Counted from the stretch's first letter, positions 43,371 through 54,176 are shown. The stretch is 64,000 nt of DNA from Carpediemonas membranifera BICM (GCA_019828565.1 JAHDYR010000069.1:564799-628798), one strand, 5' to 3'. The notes: generated by a model from the sequence alone, not told the origin. Program-made: numbers and translations.

Positions 43371-44087
43371 TTACATGCTAATCTGCTGAATACGCGAGCG
43401 GACAGTGACACGGATCGCGTCAAGCCTAGCAAGCTGCCGTTCCTCGAAAGTCGCACCCTCTTCCTTAGCGCAGTCGTCCTCAGTGATCCGCACCATGAGG
43501 TGTGGCCATCCGCGGGCATACCCGTCGAGGTCGAGGCCGTATCCTGCTAGCCAAAGCTCGGGCAGGTCGCTGATGCCCGCAAAGGTGGGGGCGGGGAAGG
43601 GCGAATGGTGCTCCTTGGCGAAGAGCGTGCAGGTGAAGATGCGGTCCTTGCTAAAGCCCATAGTCTCCTTGTAGTAGCGGGCGACAGAGGCAAGAGTCTT
43701 TCCGCTATCAAAGAGCTCGTCGAGGAGGAGGATCGTGTCCACCTCGGAGTCGATTGTGACGTCACCGGCAAGCTGGATGGTCACGTCGGTGGCCTGCTCG
43801 GTCTGGCTAGCGCCAGAACCATACGATTTGGCCCGAACGAAGTGGAAGGTGCAAGGGAAGTTCACGGCACGGGCGAAGTCCGATGCGAAGACGAAAGCGC
43901 CTTTAAGCAGAACAACACACATAACCTTGTTGTTTTCAAACTGCTTGTTCAGCTTTGCGGCGAGATCGAGCAAGCATGACTTGATCTCGGCATCAGTCAT
44001 GAGAACATGCCAATTCTCAACGGAACTGCACACTTTGTGGGGAGTATAAGTCTGAATCCATGTCTTTCTCGCTTCAGCCACGTCCAT
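43371..44087 (-). CDS. Hypoxanthine/guanine phosphoribosyltransferase
   Basis: VVLLKGAFVFASDF, AKSYG, LLLDELFDSGKTL, WLAGYGLD. Confidence 0.9.
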   Translation of the reverse strand: MDVAEARKTWIQTYTPHKVCSSVENWHVLMTDAEIKSCLLDLAAKLNKQFENNKVMCVVLLKGAFVFASDFARAVNFPCTFHFVRAKSYGSGASQTEQATDVTIQLAGDVTIDSEVDTILLLDELFDSGKTLASVARYYKETMGFSKDRIFTCTLFAKEHHSPFPAPTFAGISDLPELWLAGYGLDLDGYARGWPHLMVRITEDDCAKEEGATFEERQLARLDAIRVTVRSRIQQISM

Positions 44088-44197
44088 GGCAATTCTTTGG
44101 GGCCAGTCAGATTGACCCTCATCAAATGATTTCGTCACGATCGTGTGACTGAACGAAAGAATCGATGTTTTATTACATGTCATCCAACGTGCAACGT

Positions 44198-46063
44198 TTA
44201 CTCCTCGGGCTCCTCTACGGTGCAGTTTCTGCGACTGAACGATATGAGCCACTCCCCGAGCCAAGCCACTGGGTCCGCGGGAGCAGCCTTCGTCATGGCG
44301 ACAAGGCCCTTGGTCAGCGCCTCCTGCATGTTCACGGAGGCCGCGTACTCGGCCAGCTCGTCGGCAGTGGGGATCTTCTGCACGAACTCGGGGAAGAAGA
44401 AACGCACCTCTCTTGCCGCCGACTCGGCTGAGTCCGACCCGTGGACGGCGTTACGGGTCTTATCTACGCCGTAAATGGCTCTGATTGAGTAGAGGTGGGT
44501 CATCCGTGCACCCTCAGGGCTGGTGGGTCCCATGAGGCGGCGGTAGGCCTGGATGGCGTTGGGCCCGGTGATGAGAAGGGGCATGACAGGGCCCTCAGTC
44601 ATCATTGAGACAAGGTTGAGGAAGAACGGCTTGTCCGCGTGCTCCTCGTAGAAGTGGCGCGCTCTATCGTCAGACAGCGTCAGCTCCTGCCTAGAAATGA
44701 TGTGAAGCCCGGATTTCTCGATAATATCAAGAATATAGGACCATGCACCGCTAGATACAGCATGCGGTTTGATCATTCCCAGGGTAAACTGCCACTCGGT
44801 CGTATCAGCTCCAGTGCCGGCCATCGCCTGGATCCGGGCCTCAGTGGCCTCGAGCAGATCGTCAATGACTGCCTGAGAGTAAAACTTGGGACTGAATCCA
44901 ACAACAATTCTGAGATCGTCATTTGCCTCAAGGAAATGGACCCCGCTAATGGGGTTCATCTCGCCCCGGCCCATGACGTGACACTCGACCGACGTCGCCA
45001 TAATTTCGCCCTGCGGGTTGGGGAAGTGGCCAATGTTGCTGACGACAGCGCTGACTGCGTACAGCCCGGCTATCTTGGCGGGGTCTGTCTTGGTATAAAT
45101 CATGGTCCGCCACGGCTCTCCCGCCTCGATGGCCTTGGCCGTCCTTGAAGCTAGGTCTGCCGCGAGCTCCCATAGGTCGGAGTCGGGGTCGATGTCTACC
45201 GCTAGGTTGAATGTGTCGGCGATCGAGTTGATGCAGTCGGCCGGGACGGGGGATTTGGTCGACCCGCGGAGGTCCGCGGCCATCGAGAGGTTGACCGTGC
45301 GGGTCGACACCTCGCCCGCCTTCTTACTGGCAACGTCTGCGATGGCCGCGGCGTATGCGACTGTCAGAGGCCCATTCACAGTTAGATCGTGGGCCTTGCA
45401 CTGCGCCTTGAAGCGCCGGAACAACTCGGGGTCGACCTTGAGGACCTTATCCTGCACAAACACAGGCTTGAACTCGTCGATGTCCTGGGGCTCGGCGAGG
45501 GTCACATAGCCCTCGATGGGGGGTTGGTCGGGAAGGCTAAGGTCTGGCACGAGCTCGAATATGTCGAACATGGGCATCTCCTCAACCTCAATAGCGGCAT
45601 CTGGGTCCTGAACGAGCATGTTGAGGTGCTGCAGGATGTCACGGGTCCAGATGAACGCTGACTTGCCGTCAAACACGCGGTGGTCTCCCAGCACCACCAG
45701 GTTCGATGGACCAGTCGAGTTAGGCTCGGGCTGGAACAGAAAGACGCGGCAGAAGGTCTCGGACACGTCGAAGTGCTCGATGTCCTCGTGCAGAAGTTGT
45801 TTGATTTCCCCACGGATTGCCATTTCGTCGTCTGCGCAGATCTTCACTGCGAGAGGGATCTCGGCAACAGGAGAACGAACAAGATCCTCGCCACTTTGAG
45901 CAGCGTTCAAATACGGGTGCCTGCGGCGTGTTGCAGCAAGCGCCAGGTTCAAATGTTCTACAGAGACGACTGTGCTCAGACGGCTCCAAAGTGCGATTGG
46001 TGCGCCACCCATAGCATTCCAGAACTGTTCACTGGGATTCAATTTGCGGTATGTTGCTGACAT
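44198..46063 (-). CDS. Fusion of a condensation/PapA5-like acyltransferase with nucleoside diphosphate kinase and Dpy-30 (NME5-like)
   Basis: RRRHPYL, HRVFDG (HxxxDG), ADLR and SNIG, then TLGMIKPHAV...NAVHGSDS...REVRFFFP, then LTKGLVAMTKAAPADPVAWLGEWL, all in one uninterrupted ORF. Confidence 0.88.
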   Translation of the reverse strand: MSATYRKLNPSEQFWNAMGGAPIALWSRLSTVVSVEHLNLALAATRRRHPYLNAAQSGEDLVRSPVAEIPLAVKICADDEMAIRGEIKQLLHEDIEHFDVSETFCRVFLFQPEPNSTGPSNLVVLGDHRVFDGKSAFIWTRDILQHLNMLVQDPDAAIEVEEMPMFDIFELVPDLSLPDQPPIEGYVTLAEPQDIDEFKPVFVQDKVLKVDPELFRRFKAQCKAHDLTVNGPLTVAYAAAIADVASKKAGEVSTRTVNLSMAADLRGSTKSPVPADCINSIADTFNLAVDIDPDSDLWELAADLASRTAKAIEAGEPWRTMIYTKTDPAKIAGLYAVSAVVSNIGHFPNPQGEIMATSVECHVMGRGEMNPISGVHFLEANDDLRIVVGFSPKFYSQAVIDDLLEATEARIQAMAGTGADTTEWQFTLGMIKPHAVSSGAWSYILDIIEKSGLHIISRQELTLSDDRARHFYEEHADKPFFLNLVSMMTEGPVMPLLITGPNAIQAYRRLMGPTSPEGARMTHLYSIRAIYGVDKTRNAVHGSDSAESAAREVRFFFPEFVQKIPTADELAEYAASVNMQEALTKGLVAMTKAAPADPVAWLGEWLISFSRRNCTVEEPEE

Positions 46064-46181
46064 TGTTTCTTTGTGCGGAAGAAAACTTGAGAATGCTCGA
46101 AGCGGCGGTAAGCGCCTCTGAGCCCTGCCCATTCTTATGCAAAGCTGAGACTCGCCCGACGTCGATATTCCACCCAATGGT

Positions 46182-49100
46182 TTATGAAACCTCCACGAAC
46201 CCGTCAAGGTCGACTACAGCGCCCTCATCAGGGGCGAGGGTGAGTTCCTCAATGAGCGGGGCACACTTGACAATGAGAACTGCTTGCCACATGCCCACAG
46301 CAAGGAAAGAGGCCTTGGCGCCAAGATCAATCTCACAATCTATCCCAATATCGAGAACTGAAACAGCAATATCAGATTCCATCATATATCTCCAGATACA
46401 GCCGTCCACGCCAATGAAGATCACATCACCAGAAACAGTGACCTTCGGACGCCTTCGGCACTCGAGCACAGCATGCTGCTCTCCGTCCTCGAACGTCGTC
46501 CAAATCCAGTCGTCGTGGAGTGTCAATGCGATAAACTGCGCACCGCCGTCTCCACGGTCAACGATGGTCAAAGGATCGCCTGGCCCAATGTCGACTGCCT
46601 CGATTGGATCAGCTCCGACAGCTTGAAGCGGCCTGGCCTGCAAGTTGTTCCCGTTAAGAACCACAATCCAGTGGTTTGAGGCGGTGAGAACGGTCGACCC
46701 CGCGTGTGCAGATCTTGGTCCCGTTTCAGACATCAGAGTCGCCCTGCCCTCTGACACAATGAGCGGAATGCCGTCATACGGTCGTGAGAGAGGCATTGCG
46801 GCAGTTGGGGCATCCAGTCGCGCGATTTGACGGGTCGTGATGCTGCCTGCCGAACATGCGATATCAATCCTCGTGATCTCATGCGTGATATCGTTTGACT
46901 GAACGAGATACATCCCGGTCGAGTCAGTTCCAATAGCAACCGACCCGGTCAGTGTCACGGGACTCTCCCAAAACTGCGAAACTGACTCAAAAAAGGCTGA
47001 GACGACAAAAGAAAGAAGCGAGATTCCATCTGTGACAAGTATAACGAAGAACCCACCCACGAATCCGCACTCGACCTGCGTGGGATTGATCGGCGGTAGC
47101 GCATGGTACCACGTGTCTCTTTCAGTTAAAATGGCGAGAAAATCTCTTCCATGGTCGACCACAACGACAGCAGCCATGCTTGGGATCATGGCGATGATGT
47201 TCATGGGCGACCTTGGCCGGCAGGTAAACACCAAATGCGGTGGCGCCATAACGCCGTGCCAGTCGATGTTGACGTCCCCGACGAAAAGCGAGGCCTCTTC
47301 CTCTGTAACTTGGGCGATGGCCAGTCCACGATGGGGCAGGCTCTCGGTCGACACGCCTGGCATGAGGAGCTGCGGGGCGACGAGGGAACGGACGCTGCCG
47401 AAGACGAGGAGCTCGTCCGTCTCGGTGGGCTCCCAGCCGTAAGAGGGCGGGGTCGTTAAGTCGGGGAGGACAAGTCGGGCAAGTCGGCCTCGTGCGTTGA
47501 ATCGATCAATGGATCTGTCGAGATCTTCGAATATTGCGATATAATTTGGATCTGGGCCTTTCAGGGCGACCTGGAGCCCGACTTCTGAATATGGACAAAT
47601 CTCGCGGATCTTTCGTAAGGATGAGACCAGCTTTCCGACCACAGTTAGGCCAGTCGGTCGAACTCGGATCATGACAACATAGTGCCGGAACGACACAAAC
47701 GCAATCAAATCAGATTTGGTCCGACCAAAGCTGCATGTGCTATCACGATTGATCGACATCGGTCGGCGTTTGATGAGGCCACGCTGGGCGATCAGCAGCA
47801 GGTCTGAGCATAGCACCATCACTACAGGCTCACCCTCAGTTGCCGCCAGAGCCATCGCCACCGGTGTCCTGGGCATTCGGTAGGAGGCCACGGGCTTGAT
47901 GACATCGGCAGATACGGCAAGGGTGGATATCACGGAGATTGTCTGGACCACAATGAATCTATTCTCACAAAGCATGTTTGTAAGAGGAATCTCGGATCGC
48001 CAGAAGCCTGTCTTGTTTCCCTCCATGTCATAGAATGAGATATCAAATCCAGAAGATATGACGAATCTGTTGAATATCGTCTCGCCCTCGGCCCACTTGA
48101 CAAACCCACAAAACCTGACCCCCTTAATCACAGCGCTGTCGGAGTCGGGACCGAACGGGACGGTGATCGTCACTATCGAGTTGAGAGCATCATTAGTCGC
48201 AGCCACAGCGTTGGCCAGCCTGTCCAACTCCGGCGTGTTTGGCGGCAGGTGAATGGCCAGGGCAGCAGGGAGCTCGTCGACAGAGACGGTGGAAGGTCGC
48301 GACTCCTCGATCGTCTTGAGTGTGAGCAGTATGGCGCGAAGAGGCGGACTCTCAACCCGGTGCACATCATCCTCGAGATTTGAGATCAGATCGCCGAATC
48401 CAAGAATCCGGGTCGACGCGGCAAGAAATGCTAGCGATGTGTATAGTTTCATCAAGTCGCTCTCCTCCAGGTGTGCATGGAGGTATTGGAAGAAATAAAG
48501 ATCGTCCCAGATTTCAACGCGTTCAAAAGATTCACCACACTCTGCCTTATAGTGACAGATCAGCTTATCAGCAGCATCTTCATCCGGCGGGGGTAGTCCT
48601 GGTAAAACCCGGGCCCACACCGTATCAGATCCCACGACCAGACCGAATAGTGCCAGATCTCTCACGATTATGGCTGCCGTGGGGCTGGATGTACCGATGA
48701 GGACAGACGCCAGCTGTCTTGGGGCTGGCCCTTTGAGTACCCGCAAGGCTCTTAGTGCGGCGAGTTCCTCGTTGCTCAGTGCGGCGGCGATGCACTCGCC
48801 CAGCGTCTCCTTGTCCTCATCGAACACTCGCGGATGGTTTGCGAATATTGTTTCGGCCAAAGGCAGTGCGAATCGGGTGGACCATTCCTTGAACATGGAG
48901 AAGTCGTTCATAGAGATGAACGTTGTCCCGCTCGCGTGGGACGTGACGTTCGAGGGTGAGGTGACTGTGACAATGGTTTTGATGTTACTGGCCCCGGGAA
49001 AGAGAGGAAGCCACCACGAGGCGTCGTCAAGATGGTAAAGCACGACCAACACGCGGCGGCGGTCTCGCGAGCTGCGGCCTATGTTAAATGCCCCTAGCTG

Positions 49101-49667
49101 GGAGATGGCCAGGGCGATGGCGAAGGATAGGTCTCCCGAGCTGGGCCGCACGTCCTGACCAAGGGCCGTGCCGAGTGACCTCAGCAGACGCGACCGGCCT
49201 GCTCTGCAGCCGTGCATGAAGTCTATGGTGACTATGTGGGTGAATTTGGGCGATAGCCTGACCATGGCAGATTCTACAGCCCAGGTTTTCCCTGATCCCC
49301 TAGAACCTGTTACGACGACGGCATTGCTGTGGTCTAGCGAGCTTACGATCCGGTCGGTAACGGAAATGGTTACTGCGGGCTCTTCAGCGACGGGGAGTGT
49401 TCCAATCAGCTCTGGAGTGTGGCGAAACGGCCGTTCTTTCCGATTGGTGAGGAGCCGAAGCAGAAGAAGACGCACTAAGAGAGCAAAGGTGATGATTAGA
49501 GGTAGAACCATGATAAATAAGATGATAACAATGACGAGAAAGATCCATTCGTTGAGGCCGGCAAGCACGAGGCATTCAATGGCAACAAGGGTGAAAACGA
49601 GGAAAAGGAAATATACCGGGAACTGATTCGCAAGGTGTTTGATTAAATTATGCGTCACAGCGCGCAT
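46182..49667 (-). CDS. Membrane-anchored P-loop NTPase (STAND/NB-ARC-like) with beta-rich C-terminus
   Basis: Two N-terminal TM segments, Walker A VVVTGSRGSGKT, Walker B-like VLVVLYHLDD, and TIVT sensor-like strand. Confidence 0.7.
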   Translation of the reverse strand: MRAVTHNLIKHLANQFPVYFLFLVFTLVAIECLVLAGLNEWIFLVIVIILFIMVLPLIITFALLVRLLLLRLLTNRKERPFRHTPELIGTLPVAEEPAVTISVTDRIVSSLDHSNAVVVTGSRGSGKTWAVESAMVRLSPKFTHIVTIDFMHGCRAGRSRLLRSLGTALGQDVRPSSGDLSFAIALAISQLGAFNIGRSSRDRRRVLVVLYHLDDASWWLPLFPGASNIKTIVTVTSPSNVTSHASGTTFISMNDFSMFKEWSTRFALPLAETIFANHPRVFDEDKETLGECIAAALSNEELAALRALRVLKGPAPRQLASVLIGTSSPTAAIIVRDLALFGLVVGSDTVWARVLPGLPPPDEDAADKLICHYKAECGESFERVEIWDDLYFFQYLHAHLEESDLMKLYTSLAFLAASTRILGFGDLISNLEDDVHRVESPPLRAILLTLKTIEESRPSTVSVDELPAALAIHLPPNTPELDRLANAVAATNDALNSIVTITVPFGPDSDSAVIKGVRFCGFVKWAEGETIFNRFVISSGFDISFYDMEGNKTGFWRSEIPLTNMLCENRFIVVQTISVISTLAVSADVIKPVASYRMPRTPVAMALAATEGEPVVMVLCSDLLLIAQRGLIKRRPMSINRDSTCSFGRTKSDLIAFVSFRHYVVMIRVRPTGLTVVGKLVSSLRKIREICPYSEVGLQVALKGPDPNYIAIFEDLDRSIDRFNARGRLARLVLPDLTTPPSYGWEPTETDELLVFGSVRSLVAPQLLMPGVSTESLPHRGLAIAQVTEEEASLFVGDVNIDWHGVMAPPHLVFTCRPRSPMNIIAMIPSMAAVVVVDHGRDFLAILTERDTWYHALPPINPTQVECGFVGGFFVILVTDGISLLSFVVSAFFESVSQFWESPVTLTGSVAIGTDSTGMYLVQSNDITHEITRIDIACSAGSITTRQIARLDAPTAAMPLSRPYDGIPLIVSEGRATLMSETGPRSAHAGSTVLTASNHWIVVLNGNNLQARPLQAVGADPIEAVDIGPGDPLTIVDRGDGGAQFIALTLHDDWIWTTFEDGEQHAVLECRRRPKVTVSGDVIFIGVDGCIWRYMMESDIAVSVLDIGIDCEIDLGAKASFLAVGMWQAVLIVKCAPLIEELTLAPDEGAVVDLDGFVEVS

Positions 49668-49799
49668 GATTGTTGAGAGGTGCGCGTTTGTGCGATGCTT
49701 GCCATCTTGACAGGTTTTGCCAGAAAAGGTCCAATGCTACCAATGTGCCCTCCAACGCTCCCAGGCCGATGAACCAACTAGGACTTGCATACATCCGGT

Positions 49800-51437
49800 T
49801 TACTTGATCAAATTGACCTTCCATCTAGAGATCCCAGTCTGCCTTGCGAGCTTCGCCGCCGACTTGAGATAATCATCCGTCCCGCACACATAGACGACAG
49901 CCCCGGACCCGCTGTGCTTCACAGCCGCCTTCATGCTGTGATGGTCCAGTCGACCGTGCGACACAGTTGCCTCAGCCGGGGCGGGTTCAGTGTCAGCCTC
50001 GAGGTCTGGCCGGGAGACAGTGAGGATGAGCTTAAACTTGGCCTGGGCCTGGGCGATGGTGAATAGTTCGTCCACGTACGGGGCCTCGGCTATGGACCGG
50101 ATGGACCAGATCATAGTGACTGGAGCAGAGTCGGCGGTGATTTGCCGGACAACCGGAAGGAACCCGGCCACACCACTACCCGCGGCCAAGATTATGGTCG
50201 AGCTCTTGCAGTCGCTGGTGAAGACACCGTACGGCCCATGCACTCTGAGCCACATCCCGGGCTTGTACATGGCGACCTCATGGCTCCACTTTCCACCCCG
50301 GGTCGCCCGGATCATAAATGTCAAGTTGAGTGACTCCTTGGAGACTTCAGTCCTGGCGATAGTAATGGGGTATGGATCATTGAGGAAGGGCGAGGCTGTC
50401 GGCTTCATGAGCATGGCAAACATGCCGGGGGTGGCTGAGGTAAAGTTGGCCAAACCCCAGAGACCCCGCCGTCTGGGGCGCGTGAGCACGAGCGCAGTGT
50501 CCTTGGTGGTGAGGGCAGTGACTGAGTGGACTCTGAACCACTCGCCAAGGAAGAAACGGTCGGCGATGAGGCGGTAGATGCGGGTAAGGACAACGATAAG
50601 TTCAAAAGCGGCAAAGAATATGAGCAGGCAGGTCTTGTGGATGTGCTTGGGCTTGAACGGCTCGTGCGGCTTAGCGTGCCAGAGTCCAACTGGTATCGTG
50701 GCCCAGAGGAGCAGGTGGAATGGCCACCACAGCTTGTACGGCAGGGACAGCATGCGGCGGACCCTGGACATCGCTGCCCGGCGACGGAGCATCGCTGTGA
50801 GTGCACCTAGCCCCATGAGGTAGATGAGGAGGATGCCCCAGTTGCACCGGACACCCCATGGACCGTCAACTGTGAATGGGACGAACATGGTCTTGAGGTC
50901 AATGTAGATAATGTCGTGGATAGTCTTGGGAAGATAGCCCCACTGCAGTTGCACGGTGAAGACCATGTGGCACAGCCCGCAGAGAAGCACGACGACTACT
51001 GACCAAGCGTGGTAAAGCCAGAGCATGTCGAGGCCGACGAAGCGCTCGTAGAGGGGGAAACGGGCGGCGGCCGGGATGAGGACGAAGATGATCGTCCCCA
51101 GCGCAGTATAAGCGAACCATGTGTTCATCACCTTGAGGTAGCCCTTCTGATGGGTGATCCAGACGATGTAGGCGGTGAGGGCGAGCTCGAGGAAGACGAG
51201 CATAGCCATGAAGAAGTAGTTTCGGACCTTGGGCGTCTTGAGGAGGGATAAGATAGGTATAGAGGCGACTTCTGCAGAATTTTCGGTAAGAAGGGCCTTC
51301 CGGTCGTCCTGGTGGTCTGCAGCTGAAGAATCATGGCCCTCTGCGGCGAGCTCGCCTTGATTCTCTTGCTGAAAATCAACTAGGGGCGTTGATTCAGTAC
51401 TGGACTCGCTCGAAGGCTCCGCCTGGTACATTTCCAT
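49800..51437 (-). CDS. Ferric reductase-like transmembrane flavocytochrome (FAD/NAD-binding)
   Basis: TM His pairs (YHAW...LCHM; PFHL...LWHA), PYPIT, VHGPYG, LAAGSGVAG, WSIR, VYVCG. Confidence 0.88.
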   Translation of the reverse strand: MEMYQAEPSSESSTESTPLVDFQQENQGELAAEGHDSSAADHQDDRKALLTENSAEVASIPILSLLKTPKVRNYFFMAMLVFLELALTAYIVWITHQKGYLKVMNTWFAYTALGTIIFVLIPAAARFPLYERFVGLDMLWLYHAWSVVVVLLCGLCHMVFTVQLQWGYLPKTIHDIIYIDLKTMFVPFTVDGPWGVRCNWGILLIYLMGLGALTAMLRRRAAMSRVRRMLSLPYKLWWPFHLLLWATIPVGLWHAKPHEPFKPKHIHKTCLLIFFAAFELIVVLTRIYRLIADRFFLGEWFRVHSVTALTTKDTALVLTRPRRRGLWGLANFTSATPGMFAMLMKPTASPFLNDPYPITIARTEVSKESLNLTFMIRATRGGKWSHEVAMYKPGMWLRVHGPYGVFTSDCKSSTIILAAGSGVAGFLPVVRQITADSAPVTMIWSIRSIAEAPYVDELFTIAQAQAKFKLILTVSRPDLEADTEPAPAEATVSHGRLDHHSMKAAVKHSGSGAVVYVCGTDDYLKSAAKLARQTGISRWKVNLIK

Positions 51438-51616
51438 GGCAATGGATCTTCGTTCTCGCGATTGGACGTTGATTCGGATGCAAAAAAGAATTTTGTGGAA
51501 TCCAGGGACCATGAGTCGATCTGAAGAGAAGGGCAGGGCTCATCCGATGGAGCAGTGCCTCATCATGCCCCCGCCTGCCCCTTGTTGACTCAACATACAG
51601 TGACGCAAACAAAAAT

Positions 51617-51653
51617 CAAATTTAGTGACAAATTTAGTGACAAATTTAGTGAC
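51617..51653. repeat. 12-bp tandem repeat x3 overlapping the APRT stop codon
   Basis: (CAAATTTAGTGA)3. Confidence 0.9.
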
Positions 51654-52527
51654 CGAGGCTGTTCAGTGCAAGCACCACGTCACACCGCATGTCCCCCAGC
51701 TTGTTGCGGGCCATGCCCTCACACTCTGGGACACGCAGCAACGCGAGGGCACCAGACACCCCCGCGCCTGTCTGCCGGATCAACCGCGCCGCAGCATCCA
51801 GCGACCCACCCGTGGCGACGAGATCGTCTACGATGAGGACCTTATCTTGCTCGTTGAGGAGGCCGTCAACGATCTCGATCTCATCCTTGGAGTACTCCGT
51901 GCCGTACGTCGCACTGATAGTAGCACCGGGGAGCTTGCCCTTCTTACGGCACATCACGAAGCCAGTGTGGGTGAGGTACGCAAGGAGGGACCCGAAGATG
52001 AACCCACGTGCGTCGATGCCCGCAATCTTGTTGAACTTCAGGCCGCGCGCCTTCACCAGCTCTACCATTGCATCCGCCATGTCATGCAGCCCGTCTGCGT
52101 CCACAAGGAGAGTGGAGATGTCCTGGAAAAGAACACCTGGGGCGGGGAAGTCGGGAATGAGGCCGACAAGGGGGAAGAGAGCTAGTTGGGTCCCAAGGGA
52201 CTTGAACACTGCCATGGTCTGGGCAGACTGGTCGGACGGCTCGGTGGGGGCGGCCTCTGTGGAGAAGGAGCGGCCGGTGGCAGTCATGATGGCGCCATGA
52301 ATCGCTGAGGGCGTGCGGATCAGGCAAACTGCCATAGAATGCTCAGCTGACATAGTATAGTCGTTGAGAACAGCCCTTCCGCATTCAATACCGTAGTTTT
52401 GCAGCGCTTCGTCAACGATGCAATCAGATTGGATCTCCTCGCTCTTCATCGCAGCTTGAAGTGTGACACACGCAGAAGCAGTCTCTTCCGCGGTAAGCTC
52501 GTAGTTTGTGATGATTTGGATCTTCAT
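51646..52527 (-). CDS. APRT: Adenine phosphoribosyltransferase with ~110-aa N-terminal extension
   Basis: PDFPAPGVLFQDI, GIDARGFIFG, RKKGKLPG, YGTEYS, LIVDDLVATGGS. Confidence 0.93.
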   Translation of the reverse strand: MKIQIITNYELTAEETASACVTLQAAMKSEEIQSDCIVDEALQNYGIECGRAVLNDYTMSAEHSMAVCLIRTPSAIHGAIMTATGRSFSTEAAPTEPSDQSAQTMAVFKSLGTQLALFPLVGLIPDFPAPGVLFQDISTLLVDADGLHDMADAMVELVKARGLKFNKIAGIDARGFIFGSLLAYLTHTGFVMCRKKGKLPGATISATYGTEYSKDEIEIVDGLLNEQDKVLIVDDLVATGGSLDAAARLIRQTGAGVSGALALLRVPECEGMARNKLGDMRCDVVLALNSLGH

Positions 52528-52786
52528 CGTCTGTCTTGCCACGCTCAGTTCGCCAGCATGACTTTGCGTGACTGTGCGCCACCGTCGATCCTTGATCTGG
52601 TCGACGCCTCACTCGCACATGCTTCCGTATCAGACACAAGGAACTTCATGCCTTCTCGATCTCAAGCCTCGTGGAACTGTCATGAATGCATCAAACCACA
52701 CACACAATGGCGACAAGGCCATGTTATACACCACTAAATGTAGTTTACAGTATAGGGAGTAACAACAAGGAGCCGGTTGCGAAGCT

Positions 52787-53317
52787 CTAGTAAAGCGTGT
52801 GGCCGACCGAGGGCATGTCGAGGGTCGTATCCGGCACTTGCACCAGCCTGCTGAAGCACACCTTCTGCTGGATACCCATGGCCTCTGGGGTGATGTATGA
52901 GCACACGCCCGCAGCCACAGAGACGTCTCCGCTGGCCCTGAGAAGACAGGACCGGAGGACGGGAAGCTTGGCCGTTTCTCCAAAGAGTTGGCGCAGGAGG
53001 CGGACGCGCTCTTCAAAGTCCTCTTTCTCGAGCCCAACAATCTTGTGTGACTGCGTGCACACGATCTCTTTCCAGTCTGGTGAAGGAAGCACATATGCGA
53101 TGTCATCGGCCGAAAGAACGTTCTCAACCAATTCCTCACGAGGTAAAACTTGGTCTCCTTTCCTCAAATCGGCGATTTTGAATGGCGTAGCTACCTTGTA
53201 TATGTCTTGGAATTCAACTTCAAGCTGCTCGATGAAACGCTCAATCGTCGCGTCCTTATACGGGATGGAAATGAACCTCCATATGCCAAGAACATCAATC
53301 TGTATACAATAGCTCAT
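52787..53317 (-). CDS. Hypothetical protein (ubiquitin-like N-terminus, CUE/UBA-like C-terminus)
   Basis: RFISIPYKDATIERF...LVENVLSADDIAYV and VRLLRQLF...LRSCLLRASGDVSVA. Confidence 0.55.
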   Translation of the reverse strand: MSYCIQIDVLGIWRFISIPYKDATIERFIEQLEVEFQDIYKVATPFKIADLRKGDQVLPREELVENVLSADDIAYVLPSPDWKEIVCTQSHKIVGLEKEDFEERVRLLRQLFGETAKLPVLRSCLLRASGDVSVAAGVCSYITPEAMGIQQKVCFSRLVQVPDTTLDMPSVGHTLY

Positions 53318-53417
53318 CGTGTATCGTCCTCTGTGCAGCCTGCCAAACAGGGTGCGCGTTTGCGCACTTGCACGAAAAAAATATATTTGCGGTTTAGGGG
53401 AGAAGGCGGTCGACCAA

Positions 53418-54176
53418 TTACCACAGACCACTCAACCAACCCCCACACTGCCTTAGCTGCGCTCCAATAGACCATAACTGGTGCGCCAGGATTGTATCAT
53501 CAGACTTCAGCCACGCAGTCACGCTCAGTCGGGTTAGTTCGCTAAAGCTCTCGAACAGCTTCTCAACTCCACCCGGTGGTGCTGCTGCAGGTGTCCATGT
53601 GTCTGAATTGACCAGGGTGAGGAGGACATCGGTCAGTCGACCTGCCAGGACCGGGTCCCGACTTCCTTCAAGGCAATTGAGGTACGCGGCCAAAGTCTTG
53701 TACATCAACGCGTCCCCTTGCTGCCGAGCAGTTGCAGTTGCCGCTGCCCGGACGAGGATGGCGAGGACTGAGGCCTGGGCAGGCTTGAGGTCTGACCGTT
53801 GAAGCAAGGGCAGCAGACTCGACGACTGCTGCGGGCATTCGCACTGTTGTATGGCCCCAGCAGCGGCATAGGAGTGGATGGTGAGGGCCTGATCGGGCAG
53901 GGCGTCGAGGGTTCGGCCGAGAAAGTCGTCCTGGTCCAAAAGCCAGAGAATAAGGGTTGAAAGAGGTTGAGAAAGAGGAAAGTCGTTTGTAATGGCTGAA
54001 ATGAACCGGTTAACTGGTCCTTGTGGCGAAATCGCCAGTATTTGTGTGGAGTTCTGTGCTTCTACTGTCGCTTTCTTGCAAAAATTGCTCTTAGTCGTGA
54101 GTAAGAAGTCTGTATAGGGTGTAGACGATGGACATAGTTTGAATAATGCCACCGCCACTGCGAGCTCGACATCCAT
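53418..54176 (-). CDS. Hypothetical helical protein
   Basis: 253-codon Leu/Ala-rich ORF filling the space between neighbouring genes. Confidence 0.55.
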   Translation of the reverse strand: MDVELAVAVALFKLCPSSTPYTDFLLTTKSNFCKKATVEAQNSTQILAISPQGPVNRFISAITNDFPLSQPLSTLILWLLDQDDFLGRTLDALPDQALTIHSYAAAGAIQQCECPQQSSSLLPLLQRSDLKPAQASVLAILVRAAATATARQQGDALMYKTLAAYLNCLEGSRDPVLAGRLTDVLLTLVNSDTWTPAAAPPGGVEKLFESFSELTRLSVTAWLKSDDTILAHQLWSIGAQLRQCGGWLSGLW

